From Nemertoderma westbladi (Eukaryota > Animalia > Xenacoelomorpha), in NCBI GenBank assembly GCA_032718475.1, contig JAUCBJ010003790.1, forward strand, positions 1 through 64,000: a DNA stretch of 64,000 nt, given 5' to 3'. Both the position numbers and the translations under genes were made by a program. Below the pieces are notes generated by a model that saw only the letters and a program-made list of their open reading frames with translations, had not been told where the DNA came from and ran no database searches. Numbering within the stretch: position 1 is the first letter of the stretch; each line of letters opens with the position of its first letter. This document shows positions 54,396 through 64,000 of the stretch, piece after piece.

Positions 54396-54937
54396 TTAGT
54401 TTATGTTTGTTTGTTTGATACTTGGTACATCTGCGAGCTAAGCTGTACCAAGGCATCTGGCGTCTCTGTTTTAGACGATCGCCCTCACTCCTCACACAAT
54501 TTTACCTCTCGGACTTTGTTGTCCCTTCCTCTCTCGCCAGTCCCTTAGGACTCATCCTCCTCTCCGCTAGCTCCCCACACTCGGACCTCGCACCCTTTAC
54601 TTTTCTCCCTTAGCTCTAGCACCTTCTCCCCACGCTCCCCTGATACTCAACCCCTCGACTCATGCTCTCTAAGTTCTTTTGGTTGGGTTCCCACGGTCTC
54701 ATACAAGTATACGTTGTATATAATAAGTGAGTCCCTCGTCTTATCCTCCTGTTCCAGTCAATTAGGTCCCAGTCCCAGTAGCTAATTGGAAAAGGTTACA
54801 TCTGACTATAGTACGTATTTTATATATTATATATTCGTCCACACGACGTGTCTTAACCCCCCGCCCCTTTCGGAAGCGATATGACTCGCCTCTCCCCGTC
54901 TCACCCCCCACTTGAGTGAATCCGCAAGTCGCGCAGC

Positions 54938-55420
54938 CTATTCCTCTCGGAACTTGTTCCACTCCATCGCCTTGTGGTACGTGAGTCCCATCGACTGACC
55001 CATCGCCACGGCTCCGTATTGTCCCGTGTTATCCACCAATCCTAATCCATCAGGTTTCGTCATAGCCATGTAGACTACCTGCATGTCCAGAAGATTCGTA
55101 GTGTCAGGTCCAATAATCCTCTCTGCGTCGCCGCGTATCGCCGTTCCAATATCGATCGTAGTCTTTGACCTTACCAGCTTCTGCATCGCATCCGGTAGGC
55201 GGTTCAACTTTGGCCCGGTCTTCTTACCCTAGGTCGCTAGGTCAAACAGAAAAATATCTCCATTCACTGCCACTAAATGCACCAATATAGTCCTACTCGA
55301 CCCTCCTGACCCCTTTCTTGTCCCACCATCATCCTCTTCTGTCTCCACGTCATCCGGGACCCACGATATCCACGGAATCCGATAAACTCCTTCATAGTTT
55401 CTCCGCCATCACGATTCTCC
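54938..55420 (-). pseudogene. Decayed DEDDy (WRN/EXD-like) 3'-5' exonuclease-like sequence
   Basis: TILVHLVAVNGDIFLFDLAT*...LPDAMQKLVRSKTTIDIGTAIRGDAERI...NLLDMQVVY resembles the WRN-exo pattern LLQLA...YLFDL...LP..LK.LL.....KVG..I..D..KL...DL. In-frame stops are present. Confidence 0.5.
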
Positions 55421-55814
55421 TCTCTCACCAGACTGGTAGTGCCTTAGAAAGGCTCAGTAGGGCAAGAGATAACTAAGTATGGTCTTAATTTGTTTAAATC
55501 AGTGATGGCCTACCTCCTATCTGCGTTCTGTCAGTGTTTCGTGCCTCTATGTGCCAATTTACCCCTGATTCTTCAGTGCTGTGTTCACTCCCCAACCTCA
55601 ACTGACGTGCTATTACTCTATCTACTACTCAATTACCATGTAAGTAATTCATCACTACTTGTCTACAGAGAAGACTAGCTATAATTTCTTCCTCTTGTAG
55701 TAGCTTCCTACCAGATAACCTTCAGGCTCTGTAGCAATGTTCTAACTCCGCACTACGGGTTATACGCTACAGTAGTCTAGTTTGTCCGGCCTACACAGTC
55801 TATCCTACCACGCC

Positions 55815-57220
55815 TACATATCCCCCTCAACTCCTCACGTGGCGCCCTCAGTGCCCACAAGTTTACGGTACTATATATCCCTCTACTACGGTATGCATAC
55901 ATACCCCCCCCCCCCCCCTCAACTCCTCACGTGGCGCCCTCATTGCCCACAAGTTTACGGTACTATGTACCCCTCTACTACGGTATGCGTACATACCCAC
56001 CCTCAACTCCTCACGTGGCGCCCTCAGTGCCCACAAGTTTACGGTACTATGTATCCCTCTACTACGGTATGCGTACATACCCCCCCCCCCCCCCTCAACT
56101 CCTCACGTGGCGCCCTCAGTGCCCACAAGTTTACGGTACTATGTATCCCTCTACTACGGTATGCGTACATACCCCCCTCAACTCCTCACGTGGCGCCCTC
56201 AGTGCCCACAAGTTTACGGTACTATGTATCCCTCTACTACGGTATGCATACATACCCCCCCCCCTCAACTCCTCACGTGGCGCCCTCAGTGCCCACAAGT
56301 TTACGGTACTATGTACCCCTCTACTACGGTATGCGTACATACCCCCCTCAACTCCTCACGTGGCGCCCTCAGTGCCCACAAGTTTACGGTACTATGAACC
56401 CCTCTACTACGGTATGCATACATACCCCCCCCCCCCCTCAACTCCTCACGTGGCGCCCTCAGTGCCCACAAGTTTACGGTACTATGTATCCCTCTACTAC
56501 GGTATGCGTACATACCCCCCCTCAACTCACGTGGCGCCCTCAGTGCCCACAAGTTTACGGTACTATGTACCCTTCTACTACGGTATGCGTACATACCCCC
56601 CCTCAACTCCTCACGTGGCGCCCTCAGTGCCCACAAGTTTACGGTACTATGTATCCCTCTACTACGGTATGCGTACATACCCCCCCTCAACTCACGTGGC
56701 GCCCTCAGTGCCCACAAGTTTACGGTACTATGTATCCCTCTACTACGGTATGCGTACATACCCCCCCTCAACTCACGTGGCGCCCTCAGTGCCCACAAGT
56801 TTACGGTACTATGTACCCTTCTACTACGGTATGCGTACAATACCCCCCCTCAACTCCGCACGTGGCGCCCTCAGTGCCCACAAGTTTACGGTACTATGTA
56901 TCCCTCTACTACGGTATGCGTACATACCCCCCCTCAACTCACGTGGCGCCCTCAGTGCCCACAAGTTTACGGTACTATGTATCCCTCTACTACGGTATGC
57001 GTACATACCCCACCCCCCCACAGCTCCTCATGTGGCGCCCTCAGTGCCCACAAGTTTACGGTTCTATGTACCCCTATACTACGGTATGCGTACATATCCC
57101 CCCTCAACTCCTCACGTGGCGCCCTCAGTGCCCACAAGTTTACGGTACTATGTACCCCTCTACTACGGTATGCGTACATACCCCCCCTCAACTCCTCACG
57201 TGGCGCCCTCAGTGCCCACA
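55815..57220 (+). repeat. ~80-86-bp tandem array with a variable poly-C tract, about 17 copies
   Basis: Unit (C)nTCAACTCCTCACGTGGCGCCCTCAGTGCCCACAAGTTTACGGTACTATGTATCCCTCTACTACGGTATGCGTACATA. Confidence 0.95.
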
Positions 57221-57465
57221 GTAGTGCGTATGTAAATTAGGTACGCTGCTACATTTTTGTACCCGTCCAACGTACGTAATTGCAACTACCTACACCTATG
57301 TATTATGTACGTTGGTACGTCTGTACCCATCAGACGTACATAATGCCTACCTACAGCGTACCTTGGTACTAATGTTTTACTTATTTTATTTTTTTATTTT
57401 GTTTAGTATGTGGGAAGGGCGTCTCGCCCTCATTCCCACCCCCATCAGTCCAATATATTGGACGA

Positions 57466-58512
57466 CTTCATCGGCAGCGAGTTTTCTCTAAACTTACCGA
57501 TCTCTGTTCCCTTCATCGGCAGCGAAGTTTTCTCTAAACTTACCGATCTCTGTTCCCTTCATCGGCAGCGAGTTTTCTCTAAACTTACCGATCTCTGTTC
57601 CCTTCATCGGCAGCGAAGTTTTCTCTAAACTTACCGATCTCTGTTCCCTTCATCGGCAGTGAGTTTTCTCTAAACTTACCGATCTCTGTTCCCTTCATCG
57701 GCAGTGAGTTTTCTCTAAACTTACCGATCTCTGTTCCCTTCATCGGCAGTGAGTTTTCTCTAAACTTACCGATCTCTGTTCCCTTCATCGGCAGCGAGTT
57801 TTCTCTAAACTTACCGATCTCTGTTCCCTTCATCGGCAGTGAGTTTTCTCTAAACTTACCGATCTCTGTTCCCTTCATCGGCAGTGAGTTTTCTCTAAAC
57901 TTACCGATCTCTGTTCCCTTAATCGGCAGCGAGTTTTCTCTAAACTTACCGATCTCTGTTCCCTTCATCGGCAGCGAAGTTTTCTCTAAACTTACCGATC
58001 TCTGTTCCCTTCATCGGCAGCGAATTTTCTCTAAACTTACCGATCTCTGTTCCCTTCATCGGCAGCGAATTTTCTCTAAACTTACCGATCTCTGTTCCCT
58101 TCATCGGCAGCGAATTTTCTCTAAACTTACCGATCTCTGTTCCCTTCATCGGCAGTGAGTTTTCTCTAAACTTACCGATCTCTGTTCCCTTAATCGGCAG
58201 CGAGTTTTCTCTAAACTTACCGATCTCTGTCCCCTTCATCGGCAGTGAGTTTTCTCTAAACTTACCGATCTCTGTTCCCTTCATCGGCAGCGAATTTTCT
58301 CTAAACTTACCGATCTCTGTTCCCTTCATCGGCAGTGAGTTTTCTCTAAACTTACCGATCTCTGTCCCCTTCATCGGCAGTGAGTTTTCTCTAAACTTAC
58401 CGATCTCTGTCCCCTTCATCGGCAGTGAGTTTTCTCTAAACTTACCGATCTCTGTCCCCTTCATCGGCAGTGAGTTTTCTCTAAACTTACCGATCTCTGT
58501 CCCCTTCACCGG
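57466..58512 (-). repeat. 45-bp array = CUL3 exon end + 5' splice site, about 23 copies
   Basis: - strand unit ATGAAGGGAACAGAGATCG|gtaagtttagagaaaactcactgccg. Confidence 0.95.
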
Positions 58513-58707
58513 AAGTTTATTCAATATTTTTTGCTGCGGTTTCGCTAAACTCAAACTAAGAAGTGCCCGTTGTAAATCGTTTTCAGGGATGTCTGTTTCC
58601 TGTTGAATTTCCTCGAAGGTCCAACTTTCTCGTTTGTTAAACAACATTAGGATACACATTTGGTAGGTAGAAACCACCAGTATGTGATATTTAATTGTTC
58701 CATCGTC
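58491..58707 (-). CDS. CUL3: Cullin-3 exon
   Basis: tttag|[72 protein letters not shown]+G|gtaagt; 217 bp, ends in phase 1. Confidence 0.92.
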
Positions 58708-58770
58708 CTAAATATAAAAATAAATAAAATAAAATAAACAGGGGAAATTAAACTTACCTTAAACAGTGGC

Positions 58771-60648
58771 TGTTAATTTACAGGAGCTAATAAACCAACA
58801 GGTTGACGCCATCAATGATGCTGACGACAGCAGGCAATCATCCCAGGCATGGAAATCGATCAATCTGCTTACTGGGCGGAAAAGCCAACCAACCACCAAG
58901 GTTAAGGCTGAATCACCAGCCGATCGCCTCAATGGTTGGAAAGCCCACTTTGAAAAGCTCCTCAATAATGACAGGGTATTGCCTGATAACTTTATAGAAG
59001 TAAAAGTGTCTGAGTCTGTACTCCCAGATATTCCCATTGGCGATATCTCCTTTGCAGAAGTGAAGGCTGCTGCAAAGAGCATTAAGACCAATCGTGCCAG
59101 TGGAGTAGATGGTGTTCCCCCTGAGGTCTTTAAAATACCTGAGTGTTTAAAGCTCATCTATCCCATCATAGTAGACATGTACCGAACAACAAGAGTCCCA
59201 CAAGAAATGAAAACAAATAAGTTGGTGCCAGTTCCCAAGAAAGGCAACCTAACACTCTATGGTTCTTTTCGGGGAATCTCATTGATCTCGATTGCTGCAA
59301 AGCTATACAATAGAATTCTATTAAATCGCATCAGGGATCCCATTGAGAGACTGCTCCGTGGAAATCAGAATGGGTTCCGTAAAGGTCGTGGGACCATGGA
59401 GCCCATTTTGGCACTTAGAAGGATAATTGAAGAGTTATCAAAAAAGAAAGACAGGCATCTGGCTGTTATCTTTGTTGACTTCTTCAAGGCCTTTGATTCA
59501 GTCTCTCGCTCACGTATGTTCAGCATACTTTCATTATATGGGATTCCTGATGAAATTATTGCAGCAATCAGATCAGTATACGATGGTTCGACAACATTTG
59601 TGTCTACTGTTGACGGTGACACAGAACCATTTGAAGTGTTATGGGGCGTCCTCCAGGGAGACACACTTGCCCCAAATCCTGTTCATAATTGTTGTTGACT
59701 ATGTTCTACGCATGTCCTTAGATCATCATAATGATGATGGGGTGATGATAACTCCACCTACTGGCTCCAGAAGTCGAGGAAATCCTGCCAAGTACCTAAC
59801 TGATCTAGAATTTGCTGATGACTTAGAAGTACTCTCAGAATCACTAGAGGGAGCCCAAAGGCTCCTTAGCTCATTAGAACATGCTGCTTCTAGTGTTGGT
59901 CTTTTTATTAACTCCAGAAAGACCAAAATTATGACAGTTAACTTTGAAAGTCCTCAGCAAGTCTTTGATCGGATGAGCATAAGCTCAAAAGATGGTATGC
60001 TTGAGCATGTGGACGACTTCTGTTACCTGGGATCATGGATCCGGAAGTCAGGTGAGGACCTTCGAATACGTAAGGGAAAGGCATGGGCAGCCTTGAATAG
60101 GCTTTCCAGGATTTGGAAGTCACTGAGAATTAATCGGACACTTAAGGTCCGATTATTTAGAGCAGCAGTAGTTCCAGTACTCCTCTATGGGAGTCCATGC
60201 TGGGCTCTAACTGCTGAGGACACCAAATCTCTGGATGGCACATTCACAAGAATGCTACGCCGGGTTCATTGTGTCAAGTACAATGCACACATCTCCAACC
60301 AGACACTATATAACATTGGAGGTGTCCCATTGGTTCCCCCAAGCTTGACACTAGAACAAAATCGCCTCCGCTTTACAGGACATTGCTTTCGCCGTGAGGA
60401 CCAGCCAGTGCATAATCTTGTACTTTGGCAGCCTCATGGAGAGAATAAGCATGGTGGACAGCCCATGGCTTTCTTGAGACGCATCTTAAAGGACACTGGC
60501 CTTAAAGAAGCAGATGATCTAGCAAATGTCATGGGTGATAGGGAGTTGTGGCGGTGCAATTTTGTCGACAAGCCGGCACAGCATTCTTAAAAATGCAGCT
60601 GCAATGCAGCATGCCGATCCTAGTAGTAGTAGTAGTAGTAGTAGTAGT
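58771..60648 (+). mobile_element. 5'-truncated non-LTR retrotransposon (RTE-like RT), frameshifted
   Basis: RT motifs VPVPKKGNL..FRGISL, QNGFRKGR, FVDFFKAFDSV, GVLQGDTLAP, LEFADD, FCYLGS. Frameshift near 59672 and a (TAG)n 3' tail at 60621-60648. Antisense to CUL3. Confidence 0.92.
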
Positions 60649-60764
60649 AAACTTACAATAAACAGCGGTCCATTAAACTTACAATAAACAGCGGTCCATT
60701 ACACTTACAATAAACAGTGGTCCATTAAACTTACAATAAACAGAGGTCCATTAAACTTACAATA
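60649..60764 (-). repeat. 26-bp donor-derived repeat (further copies at 61050-61086 and 58748-58770)
   Basis: - strand unit ATGGACCGCTGTTTA(AG/TT)GTAAGTTT(A), matching the exon junction TTTAAG|GTAAGTTT at 61103. Confidence 0.75.
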
Positions 60765-61049
60765 ATGAAATTAGCACAAATATATTAGATTCGATAGATA
60801 TTAGGAAACGGCAAATTCATATTTATGTTTTATAAAAGTTTGCAACCGTAAATTAATATGCTAAGGTTTTATTATAAAAATTACGTAAGTAGGGCTACAT
60901 ACTGTATAAAATCGGTTGAATATAAATGAACTTGTATATTTTCTATTTACCCTATCTAATTATTACGGTTGCACATCAATACGCACTTATCTATCTTATT
61001 TTATACTGTATAACGGGATGTTTCAGACACAACGCCATATATCGCAACA
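60765..61049 (-). mobile_element. Truncated, diverged LTR fragment related to the BEL element's LTR
   Basis: AAAATTACGTAAGTAGGGCTACATACT...CCCTATCTAA...GACACAACGCCATATATCGCAACA aligns by eye with LTR 29776-30012 (...GATACAGCGCCATATACCGTAACA). Left boundary approximate. Confidence 0.75.
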
Positions 61050-61102
61050 CAGCGGTCCAATAAACTTACCTTAAACAGCGGTCCATCGGTCCGCAAACTT
61101 AC

Positions 61103-61312
61103 CTTAAAGAAGTAAGCTTTTAGGTCTGCATTACCCATGTGCTGTTGTAGAGTGAGCTGTCTACCGTTGTGTTTATTGAGATAGAAGACTTTGAACCTTG
61201 AGTATGCGTCCTGCGCCACCGATGGTAGGTTCCCGGAATTAGTAACTGTATGAGTTGGCCAGAAACCAGTGGTGAGCACCTTCACGTTCAAATCTAGCCC
61301 GTGCATGTTCGT
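61103..61312 (-). CDS. CUL3: Cullin-3 exon
   Basis: tttag|TNMHGLDLNVKVLTTGFWPT...FYLNKHNGRQLTLQQHMGNADLKAYFFK|gtaagt; 210 bp, phase 0/0. Confidence 0.93.
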
Positions 61313-61834
61313 CTAAAGCAATATTGTTAGTTAGGAGTGTAAAACAGGTTGTACTAATTAAAGATTAACCCCGTAAACATGTACATCTGGCAATGCGATA
61401 ATAAAAAGCTTTATGTTACAATATATAATGCAATAATGAAGTAATCTTATAGAATGGATTGGATTCATTGATATATTCGAGTTCGATTCAAGTAGAGTAA
61501 GAGGTGAAACCAATATCTGTGTATATCAATCATATAGTTATTCTGTTTTACTGATTTACCGGTCAGTTCATTAATCACAGAGTTGCAGACCGGTTATAGT
61601 TTTTGACCGTCGCCAACCAATATCTATTACTGATTTACTGCTGTTATTCTGCATTGCGATATCAATCACATACTAATTCTGTGCTATTATCATTTGGAAC
61701 ATTAACATCGAGAAACACAAACTCTGTTACTTTTCCCCAACGGCCTTCGGCCAAAAGGACACTAGCTCAGCAGCCCAGCAGAACGGTGACGCGTACTAAA
61801 CCTTACCCGGTCGGGATCTACGATCCCGTCACAT

Positions 61835-62265
61835 TAACCACATAGACTATATTGTTAATATTAACCACATTGACTATTATTAATATTAACCACATTGACT
61901 ATATTATTAATATTAACCACATTGACTATATTATTAATATTAACCACATTGACTATATTATTAATATTAACCACATTGACTATATTATTAATATTAACCA
62001 CATAGACTATATTGTTAATATTAACCACATTGACTATATTATTAATATTAACCACATTGACTATATTATTAATATTAACCACATTGACTATTATTAATAT
62101 TAACCACATTGACTATATTATTAATATTAACCACATAGACTATATTGTTAATATTAACCACATTGACTATATTATTAATATTAACCACATTGACTATATT
62201 ATTAATATTAACCACATTGACTATTATTAATATTAACCACATTGACTATATTATTAATATTTACC
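61835..62265 (+). repeat. 27/24-bp AT-rich intronic minisatellite, about 16 copies
   Basis: Unit ATATTAACCACATTGACTATATTATTA; begins 27 nt into the intron from the donor. Confidence 0.92.
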
Positions 62266-62291
62266 ACGTATTGTCTGCACTACACACTTAC

Positions 62292-62399
62292 ATTAGAAGT
62301 TGCGATGCTTTCTTTAAATTCTTCATTAGTTGAGGTAGAAACAGTCATATCTCGAAACATTCCTTCCAGTCTACTAGTGAACTGACAACCGCATTCAGT
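62292..62399 (-). CDS. CUL3: Cullin-3 exon
   Basis: tttag|TECGCQFTSRLEGMFRDMTVSTSTNEEFKESIATSN|gtaagt; 108 bp; TECGCQFTS is characteristic of CUL3. Confidence 0.93.
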
Positions 62400-62464
62400 C
62401 TAAATATTACAATTATTAATATTTACTAAAATTAAATATATGTAATATAGTTATAAACTATCCA

Positions 62465-64000
62465 ACCTTTAATTTAGTTACATATTTTTCTCACTAACCT
62501 TTAGTTTAGTTAACATATTATTTTTCTCACCAACCTTTAGTTTAGATACATATTTTTCTCACTAACATATTATTTTTCTCACTAACCTTTAGTTTAGTTA
62601 CATATTTTTCTCACTCACCTTTAGTTTAGTTACATATTTGTCACACTAACATTTAGTTTAGTTAACATATTATTTTTCTCACTAACCATTAGTTTAGTTA
62701 CATATTTTTCTCACTCCCCTTTAGTTTAGTTACATATTTTTCTCATTAACCTTTAGTTTAGTTAACATATTAATTTTCTCACTCACCTTTAGTTTAGTTA
62801 CATATTTTTCTCACTAACCTTTAGTTTAGTTACATATTTTTCTCACTCAGCTGTAGTTTAGTTACATATATTTCTCATTAACCTTTAGTTTAGTTAACAT
62901 ATTATTTTTCTCACTAACCATTAGTTTAGTTACATATTTTTCTCACTCACCTTGAGTTTAGTTACATATTTTTCTCACTAAAATTTAGTTTAGTTAACAT
63001 ATTATTTTTCTCACAACCTTTAGTTTAGTTACATATTTTTCTCACTCACCTTTAGTTTAGTTACATATTTTTCTCACTCAGCTGTAGTTTAGTTACATAT
63101 TTTTCTCATTAACCTTTAGTTTAGTTAACATATTATTTTTCTCACTAACCATTAGTTTAGTTACATATTTTTCTCACTCACCTTGAGTTTAGTTACATAT
63201 TTTTCTCACTAAAATTTAGTTTAGTTAACATATTATTTTTCTCACTCACCTTTAGTTTAGATACATATTTTTCTCACTCACCTTTAGTTTAGTTAACATG
63301 TTTTTCTCACTCACCTTTAGTTTAGTTACATATTTTTCTCACTCACCTTTAGTTTAGTTACATATTTTTCTCACCAACCTTTAGTTTAGTTACATATTTT
63401 TCTCACTCACCTTTAGTTTAGTTAACATGTTTTTCTCACTCACCTTTAGTTTAGTTACATATTTTTCTCACTCACCTTTAGTTTAGTTACATATTTTTCT
63501 CACTAACCTTTAGTTTAGTTAACATATTATTTTTCTCACTTACCTTTAGTTTAGTTACATATTTTTCTCACTCACCTTTAGTTTAGTTACATATTTTTCT
63601 CACTAACCTTTAGTTTAGTTAACATATTATTTTTCTCACGAACCTTTAATTTAGTTACATATTTTTCTCATTCACCTTTAGTTTAGTTAACATATTATTT
63701 TTCTCACTAACCATTAGTTTAGTTACATATTTTTCTCACTCACCTTTAGTTTGGTTAACATATTATTTTTCTCACGAACCTTTAATTTAGTTACATATTT
63801 TTCTCACTCACCTTTAGTTTAGTTAACATATTATTTTTCTCACTAACCATTAGTTTAGTTATATATTTTTCTCACTCCCCTTTAGTTTAGTTACATATTT
63901 TTCTCACTAACCTTTAGTTTAGTTAACATATTATTTTTCTCACTAACCTTTAGTTTAGTTACATATTTTTCTCACTAAAATTTAGTTTAGTTAACATATT
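62465..64000 (-). repeat. 32-36-bp array = upstream CUL3 exon end + 5' splice site, about 45 copies, running off the window
   Basis: The best-preserved - strand units read AGT GAG AAA AAC ATG TTA ACT AAA CTA AAG|gtgagt = SEKNMLTKLK + donor, the expected residues before TECGCQ. Confidence 0.88.

Larger units (their letters stand above)
54429..57361 (-). mobile_element. Unclassified ~2.9-kb intronic insertion with a decayed exonuclease-like ORF and an internal minisatellite
   Basis: GC-rich block in an AT-rich intron, flanked by the 8-bp direct repeat CTTGGTAC (54421-54428, 57362-57369). No clear TIR. Confidence 0.4.

Noticed and set aside
51216-54495. Long repeat proteins ([13 protein letters not shown] / [11 protein letters not shown]) as independent genes
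   Set aside because: Translations of the acceptor array; only the terminal part belongs to the CUL3 exon.
55782-57240. Proline-rich ORFs
   Set aside because: Translations of the poly-C minisatellite with frame-shifting C-runs.
62263-62266. Alternative donor GTG|GTAAAT, and treating the 27-bp repeat as exon-derived
   Set aside because: Using it would include an in-frame TAG. The donor at 62292 (AAT|GTAAGT) fits CUL3 length, so the 27-bp unit is intronic and not counted as a junction array.

Overview
Eukaryotic (metazoan, invertebrate-like) genomic DNA dominated by tandem repeats and nested transposons. Host genes: an intronless p24/TMED gene (733-1413, -), an intronless TMEM55/PIP4P-family gene (21873-22631, +) and the last five exons of a cullin-3 gene (50778-62399, -; the gene continues beyond the window). 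Mobile DNA: a full-length 18-kb BEL/Pao LTR retrotransposon (27778-45825, -) inserted in an 18/21-bp satellite and itself interrupted by a TIR element, a 5'-truncated RTE-like LINE, a Helitron-like element and several remnants. Most striking observation: four tandem arrays inside three cullin-3 introns are amplified copies of the gene's own exon-intron junctions. Each unit is exon end + 5' splice site or 3' splice site + exon start, giving about 23 donors and about 62 acceptors around a single intron, many in frame. Also notable are long-range inverted complementarity bracketing gag-pol with an extra ORF in the BEL element, and a decayed DEDDy-exonuclease-like ORF in an intronic insertion. Family assignments come from motif recognition by eye, not database searches, and copy numbers are estimates (span/unit length).
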